A stretch of 64,000 nt of DNA from Octopus sinensis (GCF_006345805.1 NC_043000.1:151280001-151344000), one strand, 5' to 3'; counted from the first letter of the stretch, positions 25,394 to 39,461 are shown. Program-made: numbers and translations. Notes: a model not told the origin generated them from the letters alone.

Positions 25394-26402
25394 TATTTAT
25401 TAAAAGAAATGTGATAGATATTTCTATTTTTCCAAGAGTTCACGTTTCATGCATTTAGGTCTGTATGTGTGTATATGAAAGGTTATCTGTAAACTTAAAG
25501 CCTTTTTCAAAAGACTTAAGATGGATTTAGACATCGAGAATAATATCATACATTACATTTAATAAAAAACTGCAAAACGGATCTTATTACAAATGGTAAA
25601 AGTGTTTCAATATATATGAGCTTATTAAATGGATAGAGTGTTCGTTTCGCTTGGTGGAATTTATAGCTAAAACTAGGAGAGACTATTTCACAACTTATTT
25701 TTTTAATGATAGAGATGGAGAAAGTTTATTTATATTGGAAGATGGGCAGGAGAACATCAAAAGCAAAGAAATTGTAGTGAGAAAGTAAAGGACGAGCAAC
25801 AACTAAACTACTAGAAAACCATATTAGTTTTTGTCCCTCCCTGCTTCACCACTATTCTTCTATTTCTGATACTTTCCTAACCCTTCTCAATATAAAATTT
25901 TTAAACATTTTATTATCATTTAGAAAACCCCATTTTCAAATAATCTCTCCCATTTTTAATCATAAATTCCATCAACCGAAGCCAACACCTCATTCATTCG
26001 ATAAGCTCGTTAGAGCGAAACATATGGCCACCTGCAGGGCTATTTGAAAAACCAATGATTTGTTAATCACCGATTTTCTATATCAGCAAAAGACAAATTT
26101 GTCTAGGCATGCAGTTGATGATGAATATTTGCTACCAATGCTGTGCAAAGATGCAGAAACCACGATTTAGTAATTCCATGCCGCTGCTGGATTATTTTTG
26201 TCGGGCGACTGATACACTTTTGTGCTTTTTAGCACTATACCTCTATACGAGACGAATACCGCAATGTTGTCGCTTTCTACAAGATGTACAGTGTATACCC
26301 GTTAAATAAGATACACAGAATGCTATTCTGAACTAATACTATTTCCGTCGCTAATATAGGAATAGATAGATAAATAAATAGAAAGATAAACACACACAGA
26401 CA

Positions 26403-26438
<36 letters not shown>

Positions 26439-26459
26439 CACACACACACACACACGTGT

Positions 26460-27425
26460 GTGTATACATACATATATGCATACATGCGTGCATACATACA
26501 TACATACATACATACATACATACATACATACATACATACATGCGTGCATGCAAACATACATACATGCATGCGTGCATGCATACATACATGCATACATACA
26601 TACATACATACAGACATACATACATGCATGCATACATACACATACATGCATACATACATACATACATACATACATGCGTGCTTGAAACATACATTACATG
26701 CATGCGTGCATGCATACATACGTGCATACATACATAATACATACATGCATACATACATACGTACATACTACATATATATATACACATACATACATACATA
26801 CATGCATACATACATACATCATACATACATACATACATAACATACATCGTGCATGCAAACATACATACATGCATGCGTGCATGCATACATACATGCATAC
26901 ATACATACATACATACAGACATACATACATGCATGCATACATACATACATACATGCATACATACATACATACATACATACATGCGTGCTTGCAAACATAC
27001 ATACATGCATGCGTGCATGCATACATACGTGCATACATACATACATACATACATGCATACATACATACGTACATACATACATATATATATACACATACAT
27101 ACATACATACATGCATACATACATACATACATACATACATGCATACATACATACGTACATACATACATATATATATACACATACATACATACATACATGC
27201 ATACATACATACATACATACATACATGCATGCATACATACATACATACATACATACATACATGCATACATACATACATACATGCATACATACATACATAC
27301 ATACATACATGCATGCATACATACATACATACATGCATACATGCATACATGCATACATACATACATACATACATACATAATTAGATACATACATACATAC
27401 ATACATACATACATACATACATACA

Positions 27426-27457
<32 letters not shown>
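26460..27457. repeat. Compound (CATA)n/(CATG) microsatellite
   Basis: Direct reading; source of the 338-aa and 315-aa spurious ORFs. Confidence 0.95.
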
Positions 27458-27458
<1 letters not shown>

Positions 27459-30400
27459 GTGAGAAAGAGGTGGAGAGCGCGGAAGAAGGAGAACAGAAAA
27501 TGGCTAAGTATATAAACCGCGTAATAATTACAATACGTTTTTATACTTCCTCTTATCCTTTACTCTACCAACATTCCATCACCAAATACCATCTGAGTTC
27601 TGGATTATTACTCAACAGCCAAATGCTGTCATGTGTTTCGTCATATCTCTCTCTCTCTCTCTCTCTCTCTCCTCTCTCTCTCCGTATTTTTCTTTCTCTC
27701 TTGCTTTCTCTTGCTTTCTCACTCTCCTTCCCAAGAAAAAAGGAAAAAGAAAAGAAAATTGAGATTAAATATAACTTTAGAAATATGAATGGTTAATAGG
27801 TAAGATATAACGAGACATTTGAAAACGATGAGAGGATAACAGAATATAGTTAAACACTTGTCTCAACTACTACTGCTACTACGACCACCATCAACCGACC
27901 ACATTGCAACCACAATTATTTATCTATATCTGCGGTTAATACATTTAGGGATGATTGTAGTCGATACAACTGAGAAACGGTCCCCTCCGTTACCGACAAC
28001 CAACACCACCAAACAATTCCTTGCACTGTTCTACACCTATGAAACTTTTATGTACTTTATTCATGGCGCCTGTTGTGAGTGATAAGTGAAATAATAGCTT
28101 CTATAAGGAAAAGCTATCAATTGCGGTGAACCGCTGATGGCTTTTTGCTATTTAAACGACCAAAATATTGCACCTTCTTGCAGGAGTTCTACATCGTAGC
28201 TGTGCGTAGTCAGATTCTACCATGGTATGAGCCTAACAGCCTTTCCAATCTTTAATTAGACAGACAGAATCATGCTGTCAGCATGTTTCTGTCTGTTTAA
28301 TTCAAGGTAAACAACGCAGTCACAGATAGAGATCTAACAGTCTGCCAGAATGAAAATGTGTAAATCTTGATAAAACAAACAAACAAAAAAATCTCTTTTT
28401 TTAAAAATTCTTCGTAATTTTCTTTATTTTGTTATCATTAATTCTTTTTGTCTTATGTATTGTTTTGTTTATTTGTTTGGTGTTACTCAACCTTTGAAGT
28501 GGTTTGTGAACTTCTTTTTATCGGGAACTGCAATGTGACTTCTATCTTAGCTTGTGGTTTTCGCTGGCGGTTAACAGCTTCTGTTCATCACCCGAAAAAA
28601 TGGGAGGTGGTCTATTGAAAGGAACATAATGCTGGCCATTTCTTTTCACTCCTTCGTCTTATAGTATAAAACCTTGAATTTGCCGGTGGTGGTCCTGTGA
28701 CAGGTCCTGGCAGTGCATCCTTACTCTACAATTCGAACAGGCGGGTGTTAAGTGGGCAGGGCGGTGCCTTGCCCCTCCCTTCACAAAACTGACGAGACGC
28801 ATACTGGAAGTTATTCTTTTACTTTGTCGTTTTGTTTCAGAAGTTTTCGTCGTTTTGTTCGTGTTGTTGTTGTTGTTGTTGTTGCTATTGTTGCTTTTGT
28901 TGCCATTGTTGTTGATGAAAATGGTGATGATGATTTAGAAGGGAAAATATCTTATCAGTGCCATTTTCTTCCCCCTTTTCTTTTGCTAAATATCTATCAG
29001 CCTGGTTTGTCGTCTCAAATAGCTTCTTGTTCGCCGGCTTTGGTTCCCCGGTACAAACACCGCTGCCACTCTTGCAGCCTTTCACGCCGCTGCTATCATC
29101 CTTTTTATACGAGTTCAAAAGCGAACAGATTGTTCCACATTTGTACAAGACGGGTTTCAGATAGATATGAAGTCGGCCTTCTTTGCATTCGTCGTGCGTG
29201 TGTGTCAGTACGGTTGTGCGAGAGCATATGGGTTTATGTTCGTCACAGTTTATGTCAGTGAATGTGTGAGAAACAGATATTTAAACCAACCATTTCTAAT
29301 TGGAATTAATTGATGCAATATCAAACGCTAACACCAACTGCTTCTCTTTATCCTGTTAAAAAAGATAAAAACAAGCTAAAAAGAAAATAAATGAAAGGAA
29401 CTCTTTGATCATTGAAATTACAAAAATTGATTATTGGAAATAGTGTTGTCTTTCTACATCTTTCTGCAGTTCTTTTTCATCATCGTAGCTATTTATTGTT
29501 TCCTGTAAACCAACGACAACGTGCAAGATAGCATGTACCTTCAACAGGTATTGCATTTTTACGCAGCTGTTCATTAAATATGCTGCTTCTTTTCTTATTA
29601 CTCACACGAGATCTGCACTTATAACGTAAGTAAACGTGTTTATCCACAATTAATCAGTGAATGCATTTTAAGTAGACTCAATAGCATTGATATTCATGAG
29701 AATATGTAAATTGAAAACTACAAATGGCTGAGTCAACACAGCACCAGATATGTGGCCAAGGAGTGACAGTTTGTATAGTTAGTATATACCCCAGGCTAGA
29801 AACGACACGGCTGTATTGTTAAACTGGCATAGTGAGTTCAATTCTTCTTCTGGACACAGACTCCACCAAGCTTTCTTGCCCTGGACAAAATAGATAGAAT
29901 TAAAGTCCTTGCGATTCAAAAGATTATGGGGGCTCACTAATGAGTAGATTGTGCAGAGCGACGGAGAGAATTTGGTAAGATTCCGCTAAGACAAGTTTCG
30001 ATATTTAGTTTATATCAATTCCTTAAAAATATATCCTTTCTATATGAATTAACTATAAAACAATTTTACTTATTTTTCTGCTATGTGTTTTACTAATCCT
30101 AATAGGCAGCAAGCTGTGAGAACAGCTTGTTCGTTAGAAAAAGTGGTGTTTTCTTCCGGTCAAGGTTAAGGTTGCCTTTATCCTTCCGAGCTCGTTAAAA
30201 AATAATTATTAATCAAGTATAGGGGTCGATGGTATCGGCTTATCTCTTCTCTTCAAAATTACTGACTTTAGCAATCCTTCACGAGCACATATGTTCCTGA
30301 ATAAAACATGTCCGGAAGTTGCTTTTGATATCCAGATATTTTTTTTACTGTTGTCTCTAAAGCCAATGTGAAAAGCATTGATACACAATCACAATTCCAT

Positions 30401-30717
30401 TCGTTATATGTCTGAAGAAGTAAATCTATTCCTGTGTAAGTTATCAATAACTGAACAATAATTTCCAACATATTGGATTGGCAACTGAGTTACCGCCGTT
30501 TTTTTTTTAATTTTTTTTTTTTAAGGTTTAATAAAAAAAATAACAATTAATTAATCAATAATGTATTCACCCTTGTTGTTTACAACCTCTTCCTAAAGTT
30601 CAACAAGATGAAAGATGAAAGATGAAAGATAAAAGACGAAGTCGACAGGATTTTAATTCAGATTGTAGCAACTAAATACATAGCGAAGGAAATGTACCAA
30701 TCTGTCTCTCCTTTTCT

Positions 30718-30821
<104 letters not shown>

Positions 30822-31935
30822 AACGACAGACAGACCGACGTCGATTTGCGATAAGTAAAAGCGAGACATCTGAAACGCAGTGGTCGTTTCCAGTTGGAGC
30901 ACATTTGCCTTCACATGCGTTGTTCATGAGAATATTTTTAATTCTTGTGTTGCTGCTACACTCAAAATTAAATTTTAAAAAAAAGTACTTGATAATGAAA
31001 AAATCGTTCCGAAAATCTTTGAAGTAATCTACAGTTGTTGTTATTCGTCCTCTGGTCAGCCGTGATCGACGAGAACTCTGAGCACAAAAGTTCTCATACA
31101 GTCTTTTTTTTTCTTGTTTTTTTTTTTGTTTTTTTAATACAGATATAGAGTATGCAATGTATCGTTCCTATCTTTCAAGTTATGGAGTTTGCAATAAGGA
31201 TGATTTGATTGTTATTTCTAATAAATCGAACGATCGAATAGAGATCACTTGGTCGCTCGTAATACAAAAGATCAGCTTGAAAATATATCTTTAATTTTCT
31301 AATGCCGACTCCTCCCGCTTTCTTTCTTTCTTTTTTCTTTCTGTCGTTCTTTCTTTCTTTCTTTCTTTCCTTCCTTCTTTCTTTTTTCTTTCTTTCTTTC
31401 TTTCTCCCCACGTCACATTTTGTCTGCTTTTCAACGTTTTTTTTACTTTCTGTAGTACTTCACGTGATTGGAAGTGTAGTACGAATCTAGTTAAAACATT
31501 AAAGATAAACGAAGTCTGACTCAATTCATTCAACCGTGACATTAATGTCAATACTTTCGGTTCCGCTGCATATATTGGAAGTACGAATTTTGACTTTTGC
31601 GGCAACTGATATCGTTGCAATCGGAAATGTCTACGAATACCCAAACATATACATACGCACACACACATACTCACAACCTCACACGTACACACATAAAGAC
31701 ATGTATACAAACATAGAAGCATGCATCGGCCTGCAATATTGGAGGAGGTGGGAGTCAATTATATCGATCTCAGTGCTCGACTGGTAAATATTTTATCGAC
31801 TACAAAAGAATGAAATGCAAAGTCTACCTCGGCGGAATCTGAACACCGAATAAAATCACGGAGGAAATGCTGCGATGCATTTTGTCCGTTAAGCTAACGA
31901 CTCTCCCAGCTCGACGCTCGATATCGCTTTTTCTC

Positions 31936-32150
31936 CTTTACTTGTTTCAGTCATTTGACTGCGGCCATGCTGGAGCACCGCCTTTAGTCGAGGAAATCGA
32001 CCCCAGGACTTATTGTTTGTAAGCCTACTACTTATTCTATGGGCCTCTTTTGCTGAACCGCTAAGTTACGGGTCGTAAACACACCAGCATCGGGTGTGAG
32101 GCGATGTTGGGGGGGGGAACAAACCAGACACACAGACACACACACACAAT

Positions 32151-32215
<65 letters not shown>

Positions 32216-32399
32216 TAACTTATATATATATACGATGGGCTTCTTTCAGTTTCCGTCTACCAAATCCACTGACAAGGCTTTGGTCGGCCCGAGGCGGCTA
32301 TAGCAGAAGACACTTGCCCAAGAGTGCCACGCAGTGGGACTGAACCCGGAACCATGTGGTTGGTAAGCAAGCTACTTACCACACAGCCACTCCTGCACC
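31936..32399 (-). mobile_element. SINE family A
   Basis: Full structure with expanded internal TA tract. Confidence 0.9.
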
Positions 32400-32444
32400 T
32401 TGTGATATAATAATTCTTAATTCTGTCAGCTCACTGCCTTAATA

Positions 32445-32648
32445 ATCTTTCCTAATATAGGCACAAAACCTGAAATTTGGGGAGAGGAGAAAATTGATTA
32501 CAGGATTCAACTGGTGCTTATTTTATCGACCCCAAAAGGGATGAAAGGCAAAGTCAACCTCGGCGGAATTTGAAGTCAGAACGTAAAGAAGGACGAAATG
32601 CTGCTAAGCATTTTCCCGGCGTACTAATGACTTTGTCAGCTCACTGCT
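32445..32648 (-). mobile_element. SINE family B variant (alternative 3' end); related copies at 54305-54553, 61478-61687, 48178-48380, 37165-37345, 31735-31915, 19795-19990
   Basis: Shared aaaggcaaagtc(g/a)acctcggcggaatttga core with ..ggcacaaggcctgaaatt..gggg tail. Confidence 0.75.
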
Positions 32649-32656
32649 TTAATAAT

Positions 32657-32689
<33 letters not shown>

Positions 32690-32726
32690 AATAATAATAA
32701 TAATAATAATAACAACAATAACAATA

Positions 32727-33150
32727 GGGACTTTGATTTCCAGACAAGGTATTAGAGCACCGAAGGCCGGATATAGTAACCTTTAGGAGGGACGAACAAG
32801 AGTGCCTAATAATTGACGTGGCAGTACCAGGAGATCAACATATCAACCTGAAAGAAAAAGAAAGAGAAATTGTTGATAAATATGGAGACCTGAGAACTGA
32901 GATCGCTAAGATGTGGCAGCTACGAGAGTCGAACATAAAGGTTATCCCTGTTGCATCGGAGCATTGGTTTCAATACCACACAATCTGAAAAAAAATCTGA
33001 AAATCTTAGACGTACCCTTACAACCTAGATGTCTTGTAAGAGTCGGCATTACTTAGAACTGCACTTATATTTCATTGCATAAAGTACGGTCTGTCTGAGG
33101 TCTTTGTTGTGACTTGACAAACAGTACAAACCCCTTGTAGACACAATATC
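32727..33150 (+). mobile_element. 5'-truncated R4/Dong-type LINE, restriction-like endonuclease domain and 3' UTR
   Basis: Across frameshifts: DFDFQT/KVLEHRRPDIV..CLIIDVAVPGDQHI..KEREIVDKYGDLRTEIAKMW..KVIPV/IGAL..SALLRTA, matching the PD..D..K RLE signature; abuts (AAC)n(AAT)n. Confidence 0.85.
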
Positions 33151-33471
33151 TTTAATCAACAACCTCACGATATTGTATACTGTGCGACGTTTGAGCGGGG
33201 TGTGGAAATCCACTGCTGAGTATTAATCTTTAGATTACGAGTCGCCCTACACTTTGCTCCTGGTGTCTAAATTCAAACATAGTTTAAATTGATCAAATTA
33301 ATTTAGATTTCCCCATTGTATGTTTCTATGATCTTCTATTTTCATTTGTTAATAGTCTCTAATTCTATAAATTCGAATGCAGGACTTTAAAACAACACTT
33401 GCCCAACAAATGTTGGCTATGGACAGGCTGACGGTTTAAAATCTTACATGCATCATGTTTTACACACACAC

Positions 33472-33857
33472 TTGGAAGCACTCCGTCGGTTACGACGATG
33501 AGGGTTCCGGTTGATCGGAATCAACGGAACAGCCTGCTCGTGAAATTAACGTGTAAGTGGCTGAGCACTCCACAGACACGTGCACCCTTAAAGTAGTTCT
33601 CGGGGATATTCAGCGTGACACAGAGAGTGACAAGGCCGGCCCCTTGAAATACAGGTACAACAGAAACAGGAAGTAAGAGTGAGAGAAAGTTGTGGTGAAA
33701 GAGTACAGCAGGGATCACCACCATCCCCTGCGGAGCCTCGTGGAGCTTTTAGGTGTTTTCGCTCAATAAAACACTCAGAACGCCCGGTCTGGGAATCGAA
33801 GCCGCGATCCTATGACCGCGAGTCCGCTGCCCTAACCACTGGGCCATTGTGCCTCCA
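33472..33857 (-). mobile_element. tRNA-derived SINE family D
   Basis: Head tggaggcacaatggcccagtggttagggcagcgg, tail aaccgacggagtgcttcc; near-identical to 35821-36204. Confidence 0.9.
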
Positions 33858-34037
33858 CACACACACACACACGTACACACACACACGCGCACACACAGGT
33901 ATAGCTGTGTGGTAAGAAGTTTACTTCCCAGCAGCATGGTTCCGGGTGCTGTCCCGCTGCGCAGTACCTTGGTCAAATGTTTTCTGCTATAGCCTTGGGG
34001 CGAACAGAGCCTTGTGAGTAGAAACTGAAAGAAGCCC

Positions 34038-34075
<38 letters not shown>

Positions 34076-34398
34076 AATGAATGTTTTATTATAATGAACG
34101 TGAAATACAGGAAGGGACGAACACGGAACACAGACAAATCATTCGAAGCCTTCAATCTTCAGTCAGACACCGAATCATCATAGCAAATTTCGGCTGTTCA
34201 ATTCTGATATTTGCCCCAACTCGGCCAGCCCCAAGAAAAAAAATAAGCTGTAAGCATTAGATTTCTTGGTAGAAGACAGGAATGTGAACGCACAAGACGG
34301 ATGTGAATACAAGAGACGAAACGAAATTGAAAACAGTAATGAAAAAACAAAACATATATAACGGTGGTTGTCATACGACTTTAGACCAAATGAGACAA

Positions 34399-34430
<32 letters not shown>

Positions 34431-35540
34431 GTGTGTGATCGTCGCCTCATTGACCATGACAGAGAAAGTTGAGCAAAGAATCTGCGTCATCAATTTTTTT
34501 CTAAAAGCTTGGAGATATCTGCTCAGAGGCCTACGCGAGGTTTTCAAAGAGTTTTCACCATTCTCGATACAATGGAGGAGATCTTGTGCAACTGAAATCT
34601 GAGTATCTTTTTATTTCTTTACTACCCACAAGGGGCTAAACACAGAGGGGACAAAAAAGGACAGACAAACGGATTAAGTCGATTATATCGAACCCAGTGC
34701 GTAACTGGTACTCAATTTATCAACCCCGAAAGGATGAAAGGCAAAGTCGACCTCGGCGGAATTTGAACTCAGAACGTAGCGGCAGACGAAATACCTATTT
34801 CTTTACTACCCACAAGGGGCTAAACACAGAGGGGACAAAAAAGGACAGACAAACGGTTAATTAAGTCGATTATATCGAACCCAGTGCGTAATACTCAATT
34901 ATCACCCCGAAAGGATGAAAAGCAAAGTCGACCTCGGCTGAATTTGAACTCAGAACGTAGCGGCAGGCGAAATACGGCTACGCATTTCGCCCGGCGTGCT
35001 AATGGTTCTGCCAGCTCACTGCCTCAGTATCTTTTTGGTCAGCTGAAAGCAGTTTTGGCACAAACTTGCCAGTCATGCGTCTCATACTCAAATCTTCAGT
35101 GATAATAGACTGAACTGAACCATAACTAACCTGCGCATCCTCTGAAAACTCACGGATAGAGATTCGACGATTTTCCTTCTGCTGGTTGCGGGTCTCCCAG
35201 AACCTTCGTCAGTATCGACATTTTTCGGCCATCTTGGAAATTTCTGAAGCACTCGTATGCTTGTGTGCGGCTCATACACTCCTCTCCATACACCTTCTAC
35301 AACTTTGCGTAGGCCTATGAGCAGGTATCGCCGTGACATCTTTCTCTGTCATGGTCAATGCGACAATCACATGTTACACACCTTTCTTCCAATCACTCTT
35401 TTAAACAACGAAAGAGAGCCAGAGCGTTCAAACTTTGCACACATGTAAGGCAGAGTTCAAGGTGAATCGTTGCTAAGCGTCGTGACTCTGCGTGCTTTAG
35501 CTCCGTTGCTATGGCAAATACCTATTGATCAAACCTCGTA
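34431..35540 (-). mobile_element. Rearranged mariner (Tc1/mariner) remnant
   Basis: Minus strand: KVYGEECMSRTQAYECFRNFQDG..DEGSGRPATS..RRISIREFSED..VQSIITEDLSMRRMTGKFVPKLLSADQK (mariner HTH region); right end tacgaggtttgatcaa TIR-like next to TA; left end is an inverted copy of the ORF start. Confidence 0.8.
34613..35025 (-). mobile_element. SINE family B with duplicated body, inserted in mariner
   Basis: 11-bp TSD agtatcttttt at 34602-34612 and 35026-35036. Confidence 0.9.
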
Positions 35541-35732
35541 TATATATCTTTTACCTGTTTCAGTTATTTGACTGCGGCCATTCTGGTGCACCTCCAAGTC
35601 TATAAACGGGACCAATAGAATAAATCTCAAACTTGGAAAATAAAGTAGTGGGGTCAATTGATTCGACAAAAATAAAATATGCTTCAACACACGAATTCAC
35701 ATAAAGAATCTTGCAGAGTAAATGCAAAAAAG

Positions 35733-35770
<38 letters not shown>

Positions 35771-35820
35771 TTCTATATACACACACACACATATATATAC
35801 ATGTTTGTATTTTTTTTTGG

Positions 35821-36204
35821 GGAAGCACTCCGTCGGTTACGATGACGAGGGTTCCGGTTGATCCGAATCAACGGAACAACCTGCTCGTGAAATTAACGTG
35901 TAAGTGGCTGAGCACTCCACAGACACGTGTACCCTTAACGTAGTTCTCGGGGATATTCAGCGTGACACAGAGAGTGACAAGGCCGGCCCTTTGAAATACA
36001 GGTACAACAGAAACAGGAAGTAAGAGTGAGAGAAAGTTGTGGTGAAAGAGTACAGCAGGGATCACCACCATCCCCTGCCGGAGCCTCGTGGAGGTTTTAG
36101 GTGTTTTCGCTCAATAAACACTCAGAACGCCCGGTCTGGGAATCGAAACCGCGATCCTATGACCGCGAGTCCGCTGCCCTAACCACTGGGCCATTGCGCC
36201 TCCA
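35821..36204 (-). mobile_element. tRNA-derived SINE family D
   Basis: 11-bp TSD catgtttgtat at 35800-35810 and 36207-36217, short poly-T tail. Confidence 0.92.
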
Positions 36205-36575
36205 CTCATGTTTGTATATATACTTATATAATATGTAAATACTCACAGGCACGCAAACACACACACACGCACACACCACACACACATATATATATACACA
36301 CGCCCTTGTATTTATGATATAATGAGGATGTCTAATTATTTAGTGTAGAAGGGAAATAAATGCAAACACAAATCTGCTTCTCCATCGAGTGTATATATTT
36401 CTCCGAATGAGTTGCGATGGGTGTATATTTCGTCTCGTCTCAACGGGTAAACCAACAGCTAAGAATTCGATATAAAGGAAACATATTAAGCATCATACAT
36501 TTTTGTAAATAGCAATTTGAAATGGAAACATAACCATGAGAGCACTGGCGGGAATTGAATCGGATAATGTCACGT

Positions 36576-36722
<147 letters not shown>

Positions 36723-37132
36723 ATATAAATGGGGAGAGAGAGGGACAGGGGGTCTATGTATGTATACTTGTGTGTATATATGTATATATATATATGAAGA
36801 GAGAAGGCGGGAGAGAGACAGAGTGATACAGATATATGTGTGTGTTTATATATAATTCTGTATATACAATGCATGTGTATTTAGAAACAGGTATATATAC
36901 GTATATATCTACACACACACACACACATATATATATATACATATATGTGTGTGGAGGGGTTATATATATTTGCTAATGTACATGTATGTATATTTATGTA
37001 CATATATATATTATATATAAAGATACATTTATATTATTATATATAAGATACATGTATATTATTATATATATATATCATATTAAATGTGATACCTCTGTGT
37101 GTGTATGTGTGTTTATGTGTGCGTGCGTGCGT

Positions 37133-37164
<32 letters not shown>

Positions 37165-37459
37165 AAGGGTAACGAGCCGGTAGAATCGTTAGCACGCCGG
37201 ACTAAATGGTTAACGATATTTCGTTCGTCGTTACTCCAACTCAGGGGTCGATAAAACAAGTAACCAATTGAGCAGTATGGGTCGATTTGATACACTTGAC
37301 CCCTTCCCCTTCAAACTGCTGACATTGTGCCAAGATTTGAAACCAATATACATACATACATTTATATATATATATATATTTATATATATATGTAGAGAGA
37401 GCGAGAGAGAGCGGGAGAGAGAAAGAGAGAGATAATATCACATCATATCATGTATAATA

Positions 37460-37966
37460 TCTATATATATAAAACTCTAGTTGTGTGAGTGTCTGTCCCC
37501 TTCGATTTAGATTCATAACTCCTCCCACATTTTGCGGTGCAGTTTAACCAAATTCGGGTATCTTATAGTCGTGATTCATATCAAGCCCGTCTGACTATTA
37601 GCGCGCGTCAACGATGAGTCTACGATTTTAAAAATAATTTAACATCATTTTTTATTCCATTTTAATGCATAAAATGCATCGTATGTCGATGGCGGCGGAG
37701 TTGGCGTCCACGCTCACAGCTGCACCTGTTTGCTTCTCCCCCTTTCCCTCCCTCGTGAAGCTGTGGGGAAGGGAGTGTAAAGAAATCAACGTCGTAATGC
37801 GTTGTGAAGGAAACCAGCGTTCTTTTAGAACAACGACTTCATGGCTTGAAGACACCAAAACAAAAATGGCTAAGAAAGCCCGAATTTATAAGGGAAGTAA
37901 CTCTCTAAAAATGCTTATATAGTTATTTCCCTTACAAACCCGAGCAACGCCGGGCGATACTGCTAG
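37460..37966 (+). mobile_element. Non-autonomous Helitron with extra internal segment
   Basis: A|TC...CTAG|T, same subterminal hairpin; 37671-37886 absent from the other two copies. Confidence 0.85.
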
Positions 37967-38048
37967 TAATATATAAGAAACTAAAAGAAAAAAATACCGG
38001 GTTGGTAGATTATAATCATGTTATATAATCGAGTATTTGAATGCAGTA

Positions 38049-38325
38049 TTTTTTTTTCTAGTTTCAGCTCAGAGCTGCGGCCATGCTGATGCACTGCCGT
38101 TTTGTGCTACACTGTTATTACGACGAACCTCGTCTAATATGTGGCACTTGGTGAAGAATGGAGTTTGATACAGCTACTCTCATTTGCGCCTCTTGCCGTG
38201 AGGTAGGTTCATCTGGGACTCTTGACAGGAAGATGTCCAGCTTTGATTTAAAAACCGCTACATCTACTTTGTGCAAGTTCCTCAGACTCTTTGGGAGAAT
38301 ATTAAAAAGCTGTGGGCCCTTGAAA
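38049..38325 (-). mobile_element. 5'-truncated CR1-group LINE 3' end
   Basis: Near-identical to 4860-5135. Confidence 0.8.
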
Positions 38326-38570
38326 TCATTTCGTGTATTATATCATAGGGAGGTGTTTTATATAACTATAGCATAATATTGTTGCCTCACAGCTGATCGT
38401 AGTACAGTATTCATGCATATCTCATACGAGTATGATAAATGGTTTGACCTTTCGAGGTGATATAATTCTCTAACTGCAGATAAGCACTTATTGAAGCAGT
38501 CATTAACTTGCTGCCTCATTAACGCATCGAGGTTAATGAATCGCCCCTGTATTGTTTTTAAACCTGGTAC

Positions 38571-38668
38571 TTTTTCTATAGGTCTTTTTTACGGATAAGA
38601 TACACCGCCGTAAACAAACAAACAACGGTTGTCAAGCGGTGATGCAGAGTAAATACACAGACACACAA

Positions 38669-38723
<55 letters not shown>

Positions 38724-38786
38724 TACACACACACACACCCTATACAATATAATATAGAATAGTATAGATGAGAAGTATATCATATA

Positions 38787-38822
<36 letters not shown>

Positions 38823-38988
38823 TACGACGGGCTTCTTTCAGTTTCTGTCTACCAAATCCACTCACAAGGCATTGGTCGGCCCGAGGCTATAGTAGAAGAC
38901 ACTTGCCCAAGGTACCACGCAATGGGACTGAACCCGGAACAATGCGGTTCGTAAGCAAGCTACTTACCATACAGCCACTCCTAAGCCT
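38571..38988 (-). mobile_element. SINE family A variant
   Basis: Head and body match; 3' tail degenerate. Confidence 0.85.
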
Positions 38989-39087
38989 ATATATATTATA
39001 TATATATATATACAGAAAGCAAAAGACGAAGAAAGGCGTATGAACAACAAGCAGGTGCATTAGTTTGACGCTTGGGAAGAATGGATG

Positions 39088-39125
39088 TCTTTTACGTTTC
39101 AAGCTTACGCTCTTCAACAGAAAGA
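39088..39125 (-). ncRNA. Hammerhead-ribozyme-like motif, U6 variant, in solo repeat 39013-39150
   Basis: UCUUU CUGUUGAA GAGC-GUAA-GCUU GAAAC GUA AAAGA. Confidence 0.7.
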
Positions 39126-39461
39126 ATTAGGATGAAAAAACGGGGAGAACATGGAAAAAGAAAATAATGAAGAGAGAATGAAAGAAAAAAAAACAGAGAG
39201 AGTAAAGAAAATGCGTAGACATTAAAGTTTCAAAGTTAATGTGTGTGTGTGCGTATGTGTGCGTATGATTATGTGTGTATGTGTGTGTGTTCTGATTGGT
39301 TTGGTGTGTAAAAGAGGGTTAGACTGATGTTGCTTTAGTTCTTCTTGATCAATTGCAAGCATCGACATTCTGAAGGCACAGAACCAGTTTTAATGATTAG
39401 TGCCAGTGCTGAGGATAGATACAACAAACAGCATGACTTTGTGTGCGTATGTATGTGTTAT

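Noticed and set aside
28184-28224. Candidate micro-exon (EFYIVAVRSQILP)
   Set aside because: Too short to distinguish from chance without transcripts
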